A DNA stretch of 64,000 nt from Dicyema japonicum (Eukaryota; Animalia; Dicyemida). Under the pieces are notes generated by a model. The model ran no database searches. It was given only the letters and a program-made list of their open reading frames with translations, and was not told the DNA's origin. The stretch spans positions 26,639-90,638 of the forward strand of contig RDEW01000100.1 in the NCBI GenBank assembly GCA_011109175.1, read 5' to 3'. The position numbers and the translations under genes are program-made. Of this stretch, positions 62,881 through 64,000 are shown piece by piece. Numbering within the stretch: position 1 is the stretch's first letter; each line of letters opens with the position of its first letter.

Positions 62881-64000
62881 TCCCCAACTTTCAATGCAGA
62901 ACCAGGAAGTCTCGACTGGGAAAATATGTACAGGTCCCATCCCAAATCAAGCATTTCCCCCAAGAGAAGGGGAAGACAGTTACCCCATCTGGGTGCTTCC
63001 CATCTCCACGATCCAGGCCCACCGGTTCCAGAGACGACCGGAATCTATCTTCCTCAAGAGAGCGCTTCACAACCCCGTTGATGGCGTCATGTCTCGGGAA
63101 CTGGCCTCTGCTGAGACGGCAAGAGAGCGGGTGAAGTTCTTTGCAGTCCACAACAGATCCACAATGGCATGGATGAGGCTGAAACAGGTCGATCCCAAAA
63201 ACGAATAGATATCCCATTCCGGAGGGCGTTCTGTTCCAAAAAAGAATCAATTGACGATGATGGAAACGCGTTCAGCCAAGCTCCGCTGTGGAGGAAAGGG
63301 TTGCCAGAATGCATGCCAGACGGTGAAATTCATCCGTTTCCATAAGGGTTGAATGAGTATTCTTATACAAAATGTTGGTCTAGTTCCTCAGTCGGTGTAT
63401 ATCAAGAGGAGTTTCTTTGAAAGCCATCGACCAGCTTTTCAACCAATCAGCAATTTTGTCGTCCAGAGCGTATTTGCAGAAATCTGGAAGAATGGTCCGG
63501 ATGAGAAATGCGTTACCTGATAAAGAGGAAATGAAGGATGACAAGGAAACGTCCAGAACAGAAGTTAGGCTGATTCCCCCAAATCTGAAGGGTAGGAATG
63601 CTTGCATTATTCCAATGTTAATATATATTCACAATTTCTTCAATGGACTTGGAGATAAAAATGTTGAAATTCTCCAGGCTTTCTGGAAAGAGGTAGCAAG
63701 GAGAGGCTCGTGCCAAAAACATTAGTCTTGAAAGAAAAAGATAATTTTTCAAGCGAAAAAACGCAGTATGTGGATCATGTTCGTATAGTTTAACGGAATT
63801 AGAGCCCGGCACAATAACGTGTTCCACGTCGGTAATAGAAGGACGGGGAGAAAAGCCGTGATCATGCATCGTGATTTAAAGAATTCATCTTGCGAGAGTC
63901 CCAGATTACAAATTTCAGATTTACTCGCATTAATCTCAAGTCCATAACTGCTAAGAATGGGAAAAGGAATTTCAAGACTTTTCATAACCGACTAGGAAGA
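62881..64000 (-). mobile_element. CRE-like element, unit 3 (runs off the window)
   Basis: The ORF track gives translations identical to unit 2. Confidence 0.85.

Larger units (their letters stand above)
48012..64000. repeat. Head-to-tail tandem array of a roughly 7.4 kb unit (48012-55462, 55463-62880, 62881 to window end)
   Basis: Matching ORF pairs are offset by 7418-7451 bp. The same CRE/chitinase junction CCAGAATAGT|TCCCCAAC occurs at 55462/55463 and 62880/62881. Confidence 0.95.

Noticed and set aside
1-64000. snRNA, rRNA or spliced-leader genes as targets of the REL elements
   Set aside because: I recognised no U1, U2, U5, U6, 5S or rRNA sequence by eye. An Infernal/Rfam scan would be needed to exclude divergent copies.

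Overview
AT-rich, transposon-dense eukaryotic DNA with two N gaps (7042-7176, 45184-45866) and many homopolymer frameshifts that may be assembly errors. It is most likely from a genome-reduced animal. The host genes are a myosin VII (13275-19830, -), a DOLPP1-like PAP2 phosphatase (22572-23135, +), a PDCD6/ALG-2-like penta-EF-hand gene (34456-35080, -), glucosidase II beta/PRKCSH (36104-37906, +), tRNA-Lys(CTT) (44731-44802, -) and the 3' half of a probably GPI-anchored GH18 chitinase with a CBM14 domain (two copies). Nearly all introns I could resolve are only 21-27 nt, and several sit at positions conserved with vertebrate orthologues. That suggests a dicyemid- or myxozoan-like host, which is inference only. 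The rest is mobile DNA: RTE LINEs (one unbroken APE-RT frame at 39567-42602), two R4/Dong-like RT-REL elements, many CRE-like RT-REL fragments, a tRNA-headed SINE family (about 7 copies), and hAT, Merlin, Tc1 and Ginger-like DNA transposons. From 48012 to the end is a roughly 7.4 kb tandem array whose breakpoint falls inside the chitinase. The most unusual observations are the micro-intron system (including a GC-AG intron in the myosin P-loop exon junction), a 59-bp piece of the myosin gene re-inserted 2.5 kb away between 14-bp direct repeats, other tiny inserts between long direct repeats, and a mosaic Ginger interior in otherwise near-identical tandem units. I found no CRISPR array and no prokaryotic system.
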